Of a stretch of 64,000 nucleotides of DNA, positions 47,147 through 57,412 are shown one piece after another. Every line of letters begins with the position of its first letter. The first letter of the stretch is position 1. The stretch comes from Candidatus Latescibacterota bacterium (lineage in GTDB: Bacteria; Latescibacterota; UBA2968; GCA-2709665). The stretch lies in contig OZ244937.1 of NCBI GenBank assembly GCA_965222075.1, forward strand, positions 800,001 through 864,000, read 5' to 3'. Below the pieces are notes generated by a model that made no database searches, was not told the origin of the DNA, and saw only the letters and a list, made by a program, of their open reading frames with translations. The position numbers and the translations under genes were made by a program.

Positions 47147-49249
47147 GTGGCTTTAAATACCGGGCGCTACGCTTTGGCAATCGACATTGGGGGAACGTTT
47201 ACGGACGTTGTGGTGCTGGATACGGCGTCGGGGAATATGGCCGTGGCCAAGGTGTTGACGAGCACACCGGATCCATCAACAGCCGTTCTGGAGGGTATGA
47301 AAGGCCTGCTGAGGGAGCAGGGTGTGGCCGCAGAGGAGGTGGGGCGCGCCATCCACGGCACCACGCTGGTGACCAATACACTGATTGAGCGGAAGGGCGC
47401 TTTGACGGGGCTGATTACGACCGAGGGGTTTCGGGACGCGCTGGAGATCGGGCGGGAAGGGCGCTACGATATCTACGATCTGTTCCTGGAGCTGCCCGAG
47501 CCGCTGGTGGAACGGCGGCTCCGGCTGGAGGCGCCCGAGCGGCTGAACGTGCGGGGGGAGGTGCTGGCGCCCTTAGACGGTGGGGCCCTGCGCGAGGCGT
47601 GTGAGGTTTTGCGAAGTGAGGGGGTGGAGGCGGTTGCAATTTCATTTTTGCACGCCTATGCCAATCCTGTCCACGAACAACAGGCGGCCGAGGTGGTCCG
47701 CGAGGTGCTGCCGGATGCGGCGCTGTCGGTTTCTCACCGGGTGGCGCCGGAGCTGCGGGAGTACGACCGGACTTCGACGACGGTGGCCAACGCCTATGTG
47801 CAGCCGCTGGCCGGGCGTTATCTCATGGGGCTGGAGGGTGGGCTGCGGGGGTGTGGGCTGGCGGCCCCCCTGCACATTATGCTTTCCAACGGGGGCAGTT
47901 GCTCGGCAGAGACGGCGGCAGCGTTTCCGGTGCGGCTGGTGGAGTCCGGCCCCTGCGGGGGGGCGCTTGCGGCGGCGTACTGGTGCAGGCGGTCCGGGTG
48001 GGAGGATGTGCTGGCCTTTGACATGGGGGGGACCACGGCCAAGGCGATGCTGAGCAGCAGAGGGGAGTTCCCGATTACTACCGAGTCGGAGGTGGGCCGG
48101 GTCTACCGGTTCAAGCGGGGCAGCGGGCTGCCGCTCCTGGTGCCGGTGATGGATATGATCGAGATCGGCGCCGGGGGAGGCAGCATCGCCCACCTGAACG
48201 AGCTGGGCCTGCCCGCGGTGGGGCCGGAGAGCGCCGGGGCATTGCCGGGGCCGGCCTGCTACGGGCAGGGAGGGTCGGCGCCGACGGTGACGGATGCCGA
48301 TCTGATTCTGGGATTTTTGAATCCCGGGTATTTTCTGGGCGGGCAGATGCGCCTGGATGTTTCCAGGGCACGGGATGCGATTGAGGGCCTGGCGCGGAAG
48401 TTGGAGATGGACGTGGAGCGAATGGCCTGGGGCATCCACCGCCTGGTGAACGAGAATATGGCCAATGCGGGCCGGGTGCACGCCGCCGAGCGGGGGGTTG
48501 ATCCGAGGGGGTATACGATGGTGGCCACGGGGGGCGCCGGTCCTGGGCATGCCTGCGGGGTGGCCGAGCGGCTGGGCATCGAACGGGTGGTCATTCCCCC
48601 GGCGGCCGGGGTGGGGTCTGCTTTCGGGCTGATGCTGGCGCCGATTTCGTTCGATTTTGCGCGGAGCTACGTCTCCCGCCTGGAGAATCTGAATTTTGAC
48701 CGTCTGAACGGTCTGTTTGAAGATATGGAGCGAGAAGGGCGTAAGGTGTTGAGCGAGGCGGGGGTGCCGGAAGGGGCGGTTCGGATGGTGCGAACGGCCG
48801 ATATGCGGTATGTGGGGCAGGGGCACGAGATCCGGGTGCCTGTGCCGGAGGGTCTGTTCGGGCGAAAGCGCGTGAGCCGGCTTCAGGAGGCTTTTGACGG
48901 GGAGTACCGGCGGATCTACGGACGGGTCTGCGAGGGGGTGGCAGTAGAGTCGGTGCACTGGCGGCTGGCCGCGTCGGGACCCAGGCCAGATCCGGGAGAG
49001 GCCCGGGCTGCAACGTCCCGTGCGGGTGGGGATGTGCTGAAAGGACGCCGGCCGGCGCTTTTTGACGTGGAAGGTGGCGCGGTGGAGACGCCGGTGTACG
49101 ATCGCTACGGTCTGGAGGAGGGCTTTGCGGTGGATGGCCCTGCGATTGTGGAGGAGGCCGAATCCACGACGGTTGTGCCGCCGGGGTGGGCCCTGGCCGT
49201 GCACCCGGTGGGGAGTCTTATCTTAACACGATCAGGAGGCAGAGGATGA
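47147..49249 (+). CDS. Hydantoinase A/oxoprolinase family protein
   Basis: IDIGGTFTD, HGTTLVTN, ESGP, DMGGTT, IGAGGGS, PTVTDAD. Confidence 0.94.
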   Translation: MALNTGRYALAIDIGGTFTDVVVLDTASGNMAVAKVLTSTPDPSTAVLEGMKGLLREQGVAAEEVGRAIHGTTLVTNTLIERKGALTGLITTEGFRDALEIGREGRYDIYDLFLELPEPLVERRLRLEAPERLNVRGEVLAPLDGGALREACEVLRSEGVEAVAISFLHAYANPVHEQQAAEVVREVLPDAALSVSHRVAPELREYDRTSTTVANAYVQPLAGRYLMGLEGGLRGCGLAAPLHIMLSNGGSCSAETAAAFPVRLVESGPCGGALAAAYWCRRSGWEDVLAFDMGGTTAKAMLSSRGEFPITTESEVGRVYRFKRGSGLPLLVPVMDMIEIGAGGGSIAHLNELGLPAVGPESAGALPGPACYGQGGSAPTVTDADLILGFLNPGYFLGGQMRLDVSRARDAIEGLARKLEMDVERMAWGIHRLVNENMANAGRVHAAERGVDPRGYTMVATGGAGPGHACGVAERLGIERVVIPPAAGVGSAFGLMLAPISFDFARSYVSRLENLNFDRLNGLFEDMEREGRKVLSEAGVPEGAVRMVRTADMRYVGQGHEIRVPVPEGLFGRKRVSRLQEAFDGEYRRIYGRVCEGVAVESVHWRLAASGPRPDPGEARAATSRAGGDVLKGRRPALFDVEGGAVETPVYDRYGLEEGFAVDGPAIVEEAESTTVVPPGWALAVHPVGSLILTRSGGRG

Positions 49250-50976
49250 GCCGGAGCGGCCGGGAGCTGGATGCCGTCCTGCTGGAGGTGCTGTGGAATC
49301 GGTTGATTTCGATTGTGAACGAGCAGGCCGCGGCGTTGATACACGCGTCTTTTACGACGGTGGTGCGGGAGGCGGGAGACCTGTCTGCGGGGGTGTTTGA
49401 CGCGGAGGGGAATATGATGGCGCAGGCGGTGACGGGCACGCCGGGGCATATCAATACGATGGCCACCTGCGTGCGGCATTTTGTGCGGGCCTATCCGATC
49501 GAGACGCTGGCGCCGGGGGACAGCCTGTTGACGAACAACCCCTGGCTGGGGTCCGGGCATTATCATGATATTACGGTGGTAACGCCGGTGTTCCACAGGG
49601 GCCGTGGGATCGGGTGGTTCGCCAATACCTGCCATGCAATGGATATCGGCGGACGGACGCTTGGGGCGGATGCGCGGGAGGTGTTCGAGGAGGGGCTGCA
49701 CATCCCGATTATGATGCTGTTCCGGGAAGGCCGGGTGAACCGGGATCTGATCCAGATCGTGCGGGCCAACGTGCGGATGCCGGACTCGGTGGTGGGAGAC
49801 CTCTACGCGCAGCAGGCGGGGAACGATGTGGGGGCGGCCAAGCTGATCGAGATGATGGAGGAGTACGATCTGGACGATCTGGGGGCGCTGTCGGCGTTGA
49901 TCTTCTCCCGGTCGGAGGCGGCCACCCGGGAGGCGATTTTCCAGATTCCCAACGGGACATATAAGGATGAAGTAGATCTGGACGGGTTCGACCACCCGTT
50001 GAAGATGTGTATTGCGCTTACGGTGAACGACCGGGATCTGGTTGTGGATTATGAGGGCACTTCGCCGCAGGTAGACCGGGGGATCAATGTGGTCTACAAC
50101 TACACCCATGCATATACGACCTATCCCCTCATGTGCGCCATCAGCCCGGCGGTGCCGAATAACGAGGGGAGCTTCCGGCCGGTGACGGTCAAAGCGCCGG
50201 AGGGCTCGGTACTGAACGCCCGGTTTCCCTGCGCCGTGGGCGCCCGGCACCTGATCGGACACTTTCTCACCCAGGCCGTGTTCGGCGCGCTGTCGCAGGT
50301 GATACCGGAACAGGTGCTTGCGGATGGGTCGGCCGGGCTGTGGAATACGCAATTGGAGGGCTACGACCGGAACGGCCGGATGTTTGCCTATATCTTCTTT
50401 TCGGCGGGTGGGATGGGCGCCCGGCCAACGGTGGACGGGCTGTCCGCAACGGCGTTTCCCAGCGGGATCAAGGGGGTGCCGGCCGAGGCGATCGAGGCGG
50501 TGTCTCCGGTGCTGATGCTGAAGCGGGCGCTGCGGCCCGATTCGGCGGGGGCGGGGAAGTTCCGCGGCGGCCTGGGCCAGGAGATGGTGTTGAAGATGGA
50601 CAGCGACCGGCCGGTGCTGCATTCCTGTATGTACGACCGCACCCGGTGCGCAGCCCGGGGATTCCTGGGGGGAAAGGACGGGGCCGCCGGGGAGCTGTTC
50701 CTCTCGGACGGCACACGGCCCCATCCGAAGGGCAAGTACGAGATCCCGCCCGATGAAACCGTGACGCTGCGCCTGCCGGGGGGCGCGGGATTCTATCCGC
50801 CGTGGGAGCGGCACCCGGGGCGGGTGCTGGAAGACGTGCGGCAGGGGCGGGTGTCGGTGGGGGCGGCGCGTGAGGATTACGGCGTGGTGATCGATACCGG
50901 CCGGTGGACGGTGGATGAGGCCGGGACGGCGGCGCTGAGGAAGCGCATGCAGCAGGAGGTGATATCGTGTCCGTAG
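49246..50976 (+). CDS. Hydantoinase B/oxoprolinase family protein
   Basis: NNPWLGSGHYHD, HAMDIGG, EEGL, GAGKFRGG, PGGAGF; ATGA overlap. Confidence 0.93.
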   Translation: MSRSGRELDAVLLEVLWNRLISIVNEQAAALIHASFTTVVREAGDLSAGVFDAEGNMMAQAVTGTPGHINTMATCVRHFVRAYPIETLAPGDSLLTNNPWLGSGHYHDITVVTPVFHRGRGIGWFANTCHAMDIGGRTLGADAREVFEEGLHIPIMMLFREGRVNRDLIQIVRANVRMPDSVVGDLYAQQAGNDVGAAKLIEMMEEYDLDDLGALSALIFSRSEAATREAIFQIPNGTYKDEVDLDGFDHPLKMCIALTVNDRDLVVDYEGTSPQVDRGINVVYNYTHAYTTYPLMCAISPAVPNNEGSFRPVTVKAPEGSVLNARFPCAVGARHLIGHFLTQAVFGALSQVIPEQVLADGSAGLWNTQLEGYDRNGRMFAYIFFSAGGMGARPTVDGLSATAFPSGIKGVPAEAIEAVSPVLMLKRALRPDSAGAGKFRGGLGQEMVLKMDSDRPVLHSCMYDRTRCAARGFLGGKDGAAGELFLSDGTRPHPKGKYEIPPDETVTLRLPGGAGFYPPWERHPGRVLEDVRQGRVSVGAAREDYGVVIDTGRWTVDEAGTAALRKRMQQEVISCP

Positions 50977-53294
50977 AGGTTACGCTGGCGAACGAGATTC
51001 GGGTTCAGCGGCAGGGGGAGTGGCTCTGCCGCGGGCTGCCGTTTCCCCAGGGGGTGTTGACGGACGTTGGGGGCCTGCGCCTGTGGGACGAGGCGGGAGG
51101 AGAGGCGCCCCTGGCTTCGGAGGTTCTGGCCTGCTGGCCGGACGGGTCGGTCAAGTGGGCGCTGCTGCAGTTCCCGGTGCACTTTGAGGGTTACGGCCGG
51201 AAGACCTATACGCTGGACTGGACGGGCGAGGAGAGCAGGCCAGTCCAGGGGTCACGGGTTGTTCTGTCGAAATCCGGGGACCGGTGGGAGGTGGACAACG
51301 GGCTGTTGTGTTTCGCGCTTCCGCTCTCGGGACAGGCTTTTCTGACGGCGTGCAGGCGGGGAGATGGGGAATATATCCGGTCGGTTCGGGCGGAGATCGT
51401 GGATGCGGAGGGTGTGACGTTTGTCAGCGAGCTGGAGGGAGAGCCTGAGATTGAGCATTTCACCCAGAAGATGCTGGTGGTGAGCCGGCGGGGGGTTCAT
51501 CGGGACAGGGATGGGAGGAAGCTCTTTTCACTGGTGTTTCGGGCGACGGTATTTGCGGATGCGGACGAAGTGGAGGTGGAGTATCAGTTTATCCACGATG
51601 AGCCCTATCGGGATGTCCCGATACGTCGAGAGCAGGCGCAGGGGATAGGGGCGCCCAGCGTGGATACGGAGAGTCCCAGGGTGCAGACGCTGCAGGCCGT
51701 CCGGCTGGTTGTGGCGCACGCCATCGGCGGGGTTCGGGAGTTTGCGACCTGTCCGTTCGGGACGGTGGGAAATGAAGGTCTGGTGACTTCACCGCGTCCG
51801 CTCCGGGCGTTGCTTACAGATGCTCCGCAGACGGCCCTGTACGATGCGATGATCGATGCCGACGTGTACGATGCCGAAGCGGCGATGGGCCGGTCTCACG
51901 GATGGGTTGCGGCAGGCGACAACAAGCGGGGGGTTGCGGCTTCGGTGCGGAAGTTCGCCCAGCAGTGGCCCAAGGGGTTCGCCGCCGATGGGGAGGCGAT
52001 CGTTCTGGAGCTCTGGCCGGCGGCGGTGGGCCCGCTGGTCATCTTCCAGGGGCAGGCGAAGTCGCACCAGGTGAAACTGCGGGCTTATCAGGGGGGGGCA
52101 GCGGAGGCGCGGCTGCCGGACTGGCATTTTGCGTATCAATTCCCGATCGCGTTTTCCTCGCCGGCGTGGTTTATCAACTCGGGGGCCATCGGTCCCCTGT
52201 TCCGGTACCAGCCGGAGAAATTTCCGGGGATCGAGCAGAAGTTCCGCCTCGAGTTTGAACAGTACCTCAGCTTCGACCGGCGTCTGGGCATGGTGGACTA
52301 CGGCGACCATGAGCAACTGGACAGCGCGTCGTGGGGACGGGTTGATTTTATGGCCAATTGCGAGCACGATTTCGGCCAGACGGTTTATCTGCAGTTTGTG
52401 CGAACGGGGAGTTATCTCTATCTGGATACGTTTGAAGCCTCCGTGCGTCACGTGATGGATCTGGATATCGTACACTTTGACGATCATTTCGACGAGCAGG
52501 GGGGATGGGCGGCGCACGGCGCGTTCCACGTTGGGATGGACGGGAGTCCGAACTGCCACCTGTCGCACATGTGGGCGGAGGGGTTTCTCTCCTATTATTA
52601 CTATTGCGGATATGCGCCGGCACTGGCAGCCGCGCAGGGTGTGGCCGATCTGATCTGCCGGAAAGTGGCGTCGGGCGCCGGGCGATCTGGGGCGCGTGAC
52701 AGGGGGTGGCCGCTGATTGCACTGTGCAGCGTGTACCAGGCCACGGGTGAGGCGCGGTATGCGGAGGCTGCGAAGCGCATGATGACGTCTTTTGCCGAGG
52801 GTCCCGATCCTCTGGAGGCCAACGGGGGATGCAGCGGCGGCTGGGGGCCTATTCCCTACCAGCAGGCGGTGATGGGGAGCATCGCCGCGACCGGGTTGGC
52901 GTACTATCATCAGGCGTTTGGGGACCCGCTCAGTCGGGAGCTGTTTTTGCGCCTGTGCGATTTTCTGGCCAGCGAAAACGTGCGCTCGCCGGAGGGGCTT
53001 TATCTGTCGATGCCCGGCAATGAGACGCCGATGAGTTATGTAGGGTTCTCCAACCTGCGGGAGAGCATCGGCTACGCCTGGGAGCTTGTCGGCGACGAGA
53101 AATACATTCAACTGGGTCTGCGCAATATCGAGATGAATATGATTTCTACGATTCCGATGGTAGGACATTATGTTAAAACACGGTTTGGCTATGAGGTCAT
53201 TCGGGCGACCGGGGGTATGATCAGCATTCACTGGCGCGACTTGCTGCGTTTTTTCTCTTATGCGGACAGGGCGGGGCTGCTGAGGGATTTTTGA
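50967..53294 (+). CDS. RIFT-barrel / exo-rhamnogalacturonan lyase (YetA/PL26-like) protein
   Basis: GLPFPQG, WPDGSVKW, GMVDYGD, NCEHD, RDRGW helical barrel; no signal peptide. Confidence 0.7.
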   Translation: MSVEVTLANEIRVQRQGEWLCRGLPFPQGVLTDVGGLRLWDEAGGEAPLASEVLACWPDGSVKWALLQFPVHFEGYGRKTYTLDWTGEESRPVQGSRVVLSKSGDRWEVDNGLLCFALPLSGQAFLTACRRGDGEYIRSVRAEIVDAEGVTFVSELEGEPEIEHFTQKMLVVSRRGVHRDRDGRKLFSLVFRATVFADADEVEVEYQFIHDEPYRDVPIRREQAQGIGAPSVDTESPRVQTLQAVRLVVAHAIGGVREFATCPFGTVGNEGLVTSPRPLRALLTDAPQTALYDAMIDADVYDAEAAMGRSHGWVAAGDNKRGVAASVRKFAQQWPKGFAADGEAIVLELWPAAVGPLVIFQGQAKSHQVKLRAYQGGAAEARLPDWHFAYQFPIAFSSPAWFINSGAIGPLFRYQPEKFPGIEQKFRLEFEQYLSFDRRLGMVDYGDHEQLDSASWGRVDFMANCEHDFGQTVYLQFVRTGSYLYLDTFEASVRHVMDLDIVHFDDHFDEQGGWAAHGAFHVGMDGSPNCHLSHMWAEGFLSYYYYCGYAPALAAAQGVADLICRKVASGAGRSGARDRGWPLIALCSVYQATGEARYAEAAKRMMTSFAEGPDPLEANGGCSGGWGPIPYQQAVMGSIAATGLAYYHQAFGDPLSRELFLRLCDFLASENVRSPEGLYLSMPGNETPMSYVGFSNLRESIGYAWELVGDEKYIQLGLRNIEMNMISTIPMVGHYVKTRFGYEVIRATGGMISIHWRDLLRFFSYADRAGLLRDF

Positions 53295-54016
53295 TGGTCG
53301 CCCCTGTTACGGCCGGTAGGGGCGGCCCTTGTGGTCGCCCTTTTCAGCGCGGCCCTCGCCAGCAGGCGGGTGGAGTCCAGGATGGGTAGGGACGCATCTT
53401 CTTGCGAGATTAACAGCGGGATTTCGGTGCAGCCGAGCACGGCGGCGTCGCAGCCCTGGTCTTTTAGCCGGTTGATGACGCCTGCAAAATAGGCGCGGGA
53501 CGCATCGGTGAAGATGCCATTGACCAGTTCGTCGAAGATGATGTCGTTGATGCGTTCTCTTTCATCCGGTTCCGGGATGCGGTGCGCAATTCCCAAAGCG
53601 TCGAGTTTGGCGGGGTAGACCGGGCCTTCCATCAGATATTTCGTGCCCAGGACGGCCAGGCAGTGATGGTTGTTGCGGGCTGCCTCGGCGGCCACTTCCC
53701 CGGCGATGTGGAGCCAGGGGATGGGGGACTGGTCGATCACGCGCTCGAACGCCTGGTGGACGGTGTTGTCGGGGCAGATGGCGAAATCGGCGCCGAGCGT
53801 TGCGACCTTCTTTGCGGAGGAGACCATCAGGTCTGCAACGCCGGTCCAGTTGCCGGGGCCGATATGGCGCATGTACTCGCTGAGAGGGTAGGTGTGCATG
53901 CTGACCTCGGGGTGGGCATACCGCCCCATCAGGTCCGCACCTTCAACGCAGATGGTGCGGTAACAGAGGGCCGCGCCCTCGGCGCTGCATGCGACAATGC
54001 CGATGTGTTGAGCCAT
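53258..54016 (-). CDS. Aspartate/glutamate racemase family protein
   Basis: IGIVACSAEG, GADF..CPDNT, LHIA, LGTKY, LGCTEIP, LDST. Confidence 0.9.
   Translation of the reverse strand: MAQHIGIVACSAEGAALCYRTICVEGADLMGRYAHPEVSMHTYPLSEYMRHIGPGNWTGVADLMVSSAKKVATLGADFAICPDNTVHQAFERVIDQSPIPWLHIAGEVAAEAARNNHHCLAVLGTKYLMEGPVYPAKLDALGIAHRIPEPDERERINDIIFDELVNGIFTDASRAYFAGVINRLKDQGCDAAVLGCTEIPLLISQEDASLPILDSTRLLARAALKRATTRAAPTGRNRGDHQKSLSSPALSA
53316..53340 (+). repeat. GTAG-type REP
   Basis: GTAGGGGCGGCCCTTGTGGTCGCCC between convergent genes, inside the racemase 3' extension. Confidence 0.75.
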
Positions 54017-54096
54017 TTTATCTCTTCCCTGGTGAGGTGGTACGGCGGACGGAGATATATACAACAGGGCAATACGAAATGCAAGATGGAAATGTA

Positions 54097-54478
54097 AGAA
54101 ACTGTTTGAAAATTCCTGGTTCGGTCCTTCAAGCGGATCAAAGAACCCGGGAACGAGGGCGCCTGCCTGTCTGCGTGCGACGCACAGGCAGGCGGGCTGG
54201 CGCCCCTGGCTTGCCGACTCCCCCGGTTTGGTGCGGGGGGATGGGGCTTTTCCGCGCAGATCCCTCCAGCACCACCGCCCAAAAACGCCCCAAAGGTCCG
54301 CAGGGCAGAAACGCTTGCTTACACCACAGGGGCAGTTCGCGGAAAAGCAGCCCCCGCGGCCATTACTCCCCCCTTGAGGGGGAGTCGGCAAGCAGGCGCC
54401 CTTCTTTTTCGGCCTTTTTCTTGGGCGAGCAAGAAAAAGGCCAAGAGTAAAAGAAAGGTTATTTTCCAAGCAGCTTTT
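54097..54478 (-). mobile_element. MITE-like repeat, most complete copy
   Basis: Imperfect TIRs AGAAACTGTTTGAAAAT / AAAAGCTGCTTGGAAAAT; core shared with copies at 23.4 and 63.7 kb; carries ACTCCCCCCTTGAGGGGGAGT and a 27-bp CCTG...CAGG palindrome (54166-54192). Confidence 0.8.
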
Positions 54479-54492
54479 GAGGAGATTTTCTG

Positions 54493-55317
54493 ATGAAGTT
54501 GGGATTTACGACGCTGGGTACGCCGGATTGGGATTTTGATACGATTTGCAGACGGGGGCGGGAGTACGGGTTTGACGGGGTGGATTTCAGGGGGATACAG
54601 GCGCAGATCGACGTGACGGTTCTGCCGGAGTTCACGGTGGGTCTCGCGGAGACTGTGGCAAAGCTGAAGGCCGCGGGGCTTGTCGGCGGGATCAGTACCA
54701 GTCTGAAGATCTGTGACGAGAGGCTCCGGACGGAGAATCTGGAGGAGGCGGCGCGTACGATTCCAATTGCCAGGGAGCTGGGCATCGGGGTGGTCCGCGT
54801 GTTCGGCGGGGGAGACGTGGCGGCGCATTCGAAGGCGGAACTGGCCGATGTGGGGCAGCGGACGATGGAGGCGGTTCTTGAGCTGGAGGGCGCTTATGAT
54901 CTGCGGTGGGTGCTTGAGACCCACGACCACTGGATTTCATCGTTGGACTGCAAGCTGCTGCTGGACCGGATTCCCGATCCGGCGTTCGGCATCCTCTGGG
55001 ATATCGGCCATACGTCACGGGTGGGGTCGGAGGCTCCGGGAGAGACGCTGGAGGTGTTCGGTGACCGGATCTACCATTTACACGTGAAGGATGCTGTGTA
55101 CGATCCGGGCCACCCCCGGGCGATGAAAGATGGATGGCGGTATGTGACTCCGGGTACCGGACAGCTCCCGCTGGCAGAGGCGATCGCGCTGCTGCGGGAG
55201 CGGGGCTACGACCGGTGGCTGATTTTTGAGCACGAGAAGCGGTGGCACGCGCAGCTCCCGGAGCCGGAAGAGGTGTTTCCGAAGTTTATGGCGTGGGTCC
55301 GGTTGCTTTTGAAGTGA
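54493..55317 (+). CDS. Sugar phosphate isomerase/epimerase (xylose isomerase-like TIM barrel)
   Basis: LGFTTLGTPDW, GFDGV, RVFGG, LETHD, WDIGH, HVKD, FEHEKRWH. Confidence 0.9.
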   Translation: MKLGFTTLGTPDWDFDTICRRGREYGFDGVDFRGIQAQIDVTVLPEFTVGLAETVAKLKAAGLVGGISTSLKICDERLRTENLEEAARTIPIARELGIGVVRVFGGGDVAAHSKAELADVGQRTMEAVLELEGAYDLRWVLETHDHWISSLDCKLLLDRIPDPAFGILWDIGHTSRVGSEAPGETLEVFGDRIYHLHVKDAVYDPGHPRAMKDGWRYVTPGTGQLPLAEAIALLRERGYDRWLIFEHEKRWHAQLPEPEEVFPKFMAWVRLLLK

Positions 55318-55333
55318 CAGGCGAGGGGGGCCT

Positions 55334-56314
55334 ATGGCGGTGCGATGGGGCGTGCTGGGCGCCGGGAGCGTGGCCCGGCGTCGGGTGATGCCCGTGATGA
55401 ACGAGAACCCACAGTGCGAGCTAAGGGCGCTGATGGTACGGGATATGGGCCGGGCTGAAAGGCTGGCGGATGAATTCGGCGTGGGTCGGGCGTATGACCG
55501 CGTTGACGCGCTGCTGCAAGACCCGGAGGTGGATGCGGTCTACGTGTCGAGTCCGACCTATCTCCACTGCGAGCACGTGCTTGCCGCGGCCGAACGGGGA
55601 AAGCACGTGTTGTGCGAGAAGCCGATGGCGAGGTCTTCGGACGAGTGCCGGGAGATGATCGCGGCCTGCGGGCGGGCCGGCGTTCACCTTGAGGTCTGTT
55701 TTGTGCTGCGGGGATGGCCGGTTTACCACCAGGTGAAGGCGACCGTGGACTCGGGGCGCCTGGGGCGCGTGGTGGAACTGCGCGCCCACCTGTCCAAGTG
55801 GACACCCAGGGAGGGGGGGGAGTGGCGGCTGGACCCTCAGAAGGGGGGCGGGGGGGCGCTGATGGATGTGGGGTCCCACTATCTGGATCTGTTCCGCTAC
55901 CTGGAGGGGGATTTCGCCCGGATCGTCTGTATGGAGAGTTCGATGGTTTTCGGACAGGAGGTGGAGGAGAGCGCCTTCGTGACCGTGGAATTCAAGTCGG
56001 GCGCCCACGGGATTCTGGGGGTGAGCTTTGTCGTGCCGCACTCCGGCAATGTGCTGGAGGTTTACGGGACTGAGGGGACGCTGCTGCTGGGGAAGGATAT
56101 GGTGGTTCTGACAGCAGAGGGAGAAGAGATCCGCCCGGCGGTGTTTCCCGATTACTACAGCGGGCTACTGGCGCATTTCTGTCGCTGCGTGGAGGAGGGG
56201 GGCAAACCGATGGCCGGCGGGGAGGACGGCCTCCGAAACCTGGAGGCGATTGAGACGGCCTACCGGTCCGGGCGGGAAGGGCGGATCCTGGAGTGGGGGC
56301 AACCGGGGGGTTAG
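55334..56314 (+). CDS. Gfo/Idh/MocA oxidoreductase
   Basis: WGVLGAG, VDAVYV, HVLCEKP, GGGALMDVGSH. Confidence 0.93.
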   Translation: MAVRWGVLGAGSVARRRVMPVMNENPQCELRALMVRDMGRAERLADEFGVGRAYDRVDALLQDPEVDAVYVSSPTYLHCEHVLAAAERGKHVLCEKPMARSSDECREMIAACGRAGVHLEVCFVLRGWPVYHQVKATVDSGRLGRVVELRAHLSKWTPREGGEWRLDPQKGGGGALMDVGSHYLDLFRYLEGDFARIVCMESSMVFGQEVEESAFVTVEFKSGAHGILGVSFVVPHSGNVLEVYGTEGTLLLGKDMVVLTAEGEEIRPAVFPDYYSGLLAHFCRCVEEGGKPMAGGEDGLRNLEAIETAYRSGREGRILEWGQPGG

Positions 56315-56374
56315 AGGTTCCACTTTCCAGACAGCAGGTGATGGTTTGCATAGGGAATCCTTGAAATGCGGATT

Positions 56375-57280
56375 TTAGTTCAGGTCTAAGGATTTTTCCA
56401 CGCCGCGTTGATCCCGGGTCTGATGTGCAGCTTCGATGAAGGCGACGATTTCGACGGTTTCGGCGATGTTCAGGGGCGGGGTTCCGGTCTGGAACATGGT
56501 CACAATCTGTTTGAGGAGGTCCCGGTAGATGGTGCGGGCGTTAATGGCTTTGCTGACGACCTGTTTTTCGCAGAAGGCCGTAAATCCGTATCCCGGTGCG
56601 CCGTCCCGGATACCCCGCACGCTGCCGATGCGCCCGTCTTCCCAGACGCCGACGGTGACTTCAGCCCCTTCCTGCCAGACGGTTCGGGTTGACCGGCACC
56701 CGGGTCCCATGAGGGCAAAGAGGATTTCGACGCCGTGGATGCCGTAGTGGAAGAGGCCGGGGTTGCGCGGGTGCAAAGCACAGGGGCTGTAGGCTTCTGC
56801 GCCTTGCACCCTTCCGGTCTGTTCGCGATTTTCGTGGAGTTCCTGCACTTCCAGGGCATACCTGAGGGAGCTTGCGCTGAAGAGCGGGACGTTCTCCTCG
56901 GCGGCTATACGGGCGAGTTCCCTGGCTTGAGAGAGGGAACAGGTGAAGGGCTTGTCAATGAAGCAGGGCACGCCGGCTTTTAGAAAGGGCAGGGCACGTT
57001 CGTAGTGGACGCTGCCGTCCTGGGATTCGATGAGTACCCCGTCCACCTGTCCGATCATGTCCTGGGGATTCTCGACGAGTTCAACACCCAGTTCGTCGGT
57101 GAGCGTTTTCTGGTAGCCCCGGATGGATTCCGGGTCCGTAATCGCCGAAGGGCCGGTCCAGCCGAGGACGACCCGGGCCCCGTCAACCCAGAGGTCCTCC
57201 GCAATGTTTTTGTGGTTCAGCCGCCTGGTGAATTCAACGCAGTGCGAGGTGTCAAAGTCGACGATGCCTAAACGGACCAT
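56375..57280 (-). CDS. Gfo/Idh/MocA-like oxidoreductase
   Basis: GIVDFDTSH, FIDKP, SASSLRY, YGIHGVE. Confidence 0.88.
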   Translation of the reverse strand: MVRLGIVDFDTSHCVEFTRRLNHKNIAEDLWVDGARVVLGWTGPSAITDPESIRGYQKTLTDELGVELVENPQDMIGQVDGVLIESQDGSVHYERALPFLKAGVPCFIDKPFTCSLSQARELARIAAEENVPLFSASSLRYALEVQELHENREQTGRVQGAEAYSPCALHPRNPGLFHYGIHGVEILFALMGPGCRSTRTVWQEGAEVTVGVWEDGRIGSVRGIRDGAPGYGFTAFCEKQVVSKAINARTIYRDLLKQIVTMFQTGTPPLNIAETVEIVAFIEAAHQTRDQRGVEKSLDLN

Positions 57281-57412
57281 GGGGTGCTCTCCTTTTTTGG
57301 GGGGACCAGAGGGTACCGTTGCTGAGATGTCTGTTGTGTGGAAGATAGGGATTTGTGATTGATTGTCAAGAGGTTGGCAAAGCAGCTGAGCATCCGTAGA
57401 AAGGAGGGCGCT

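Noticed and set aside
54017-54469. N-terminal extensions of the racemase ORF (and of the rhomboid ORF, 46774-46965)
   Set aside because: They are translations of MITE and tRNA sequence; family similarity starts at the downstream ATG.
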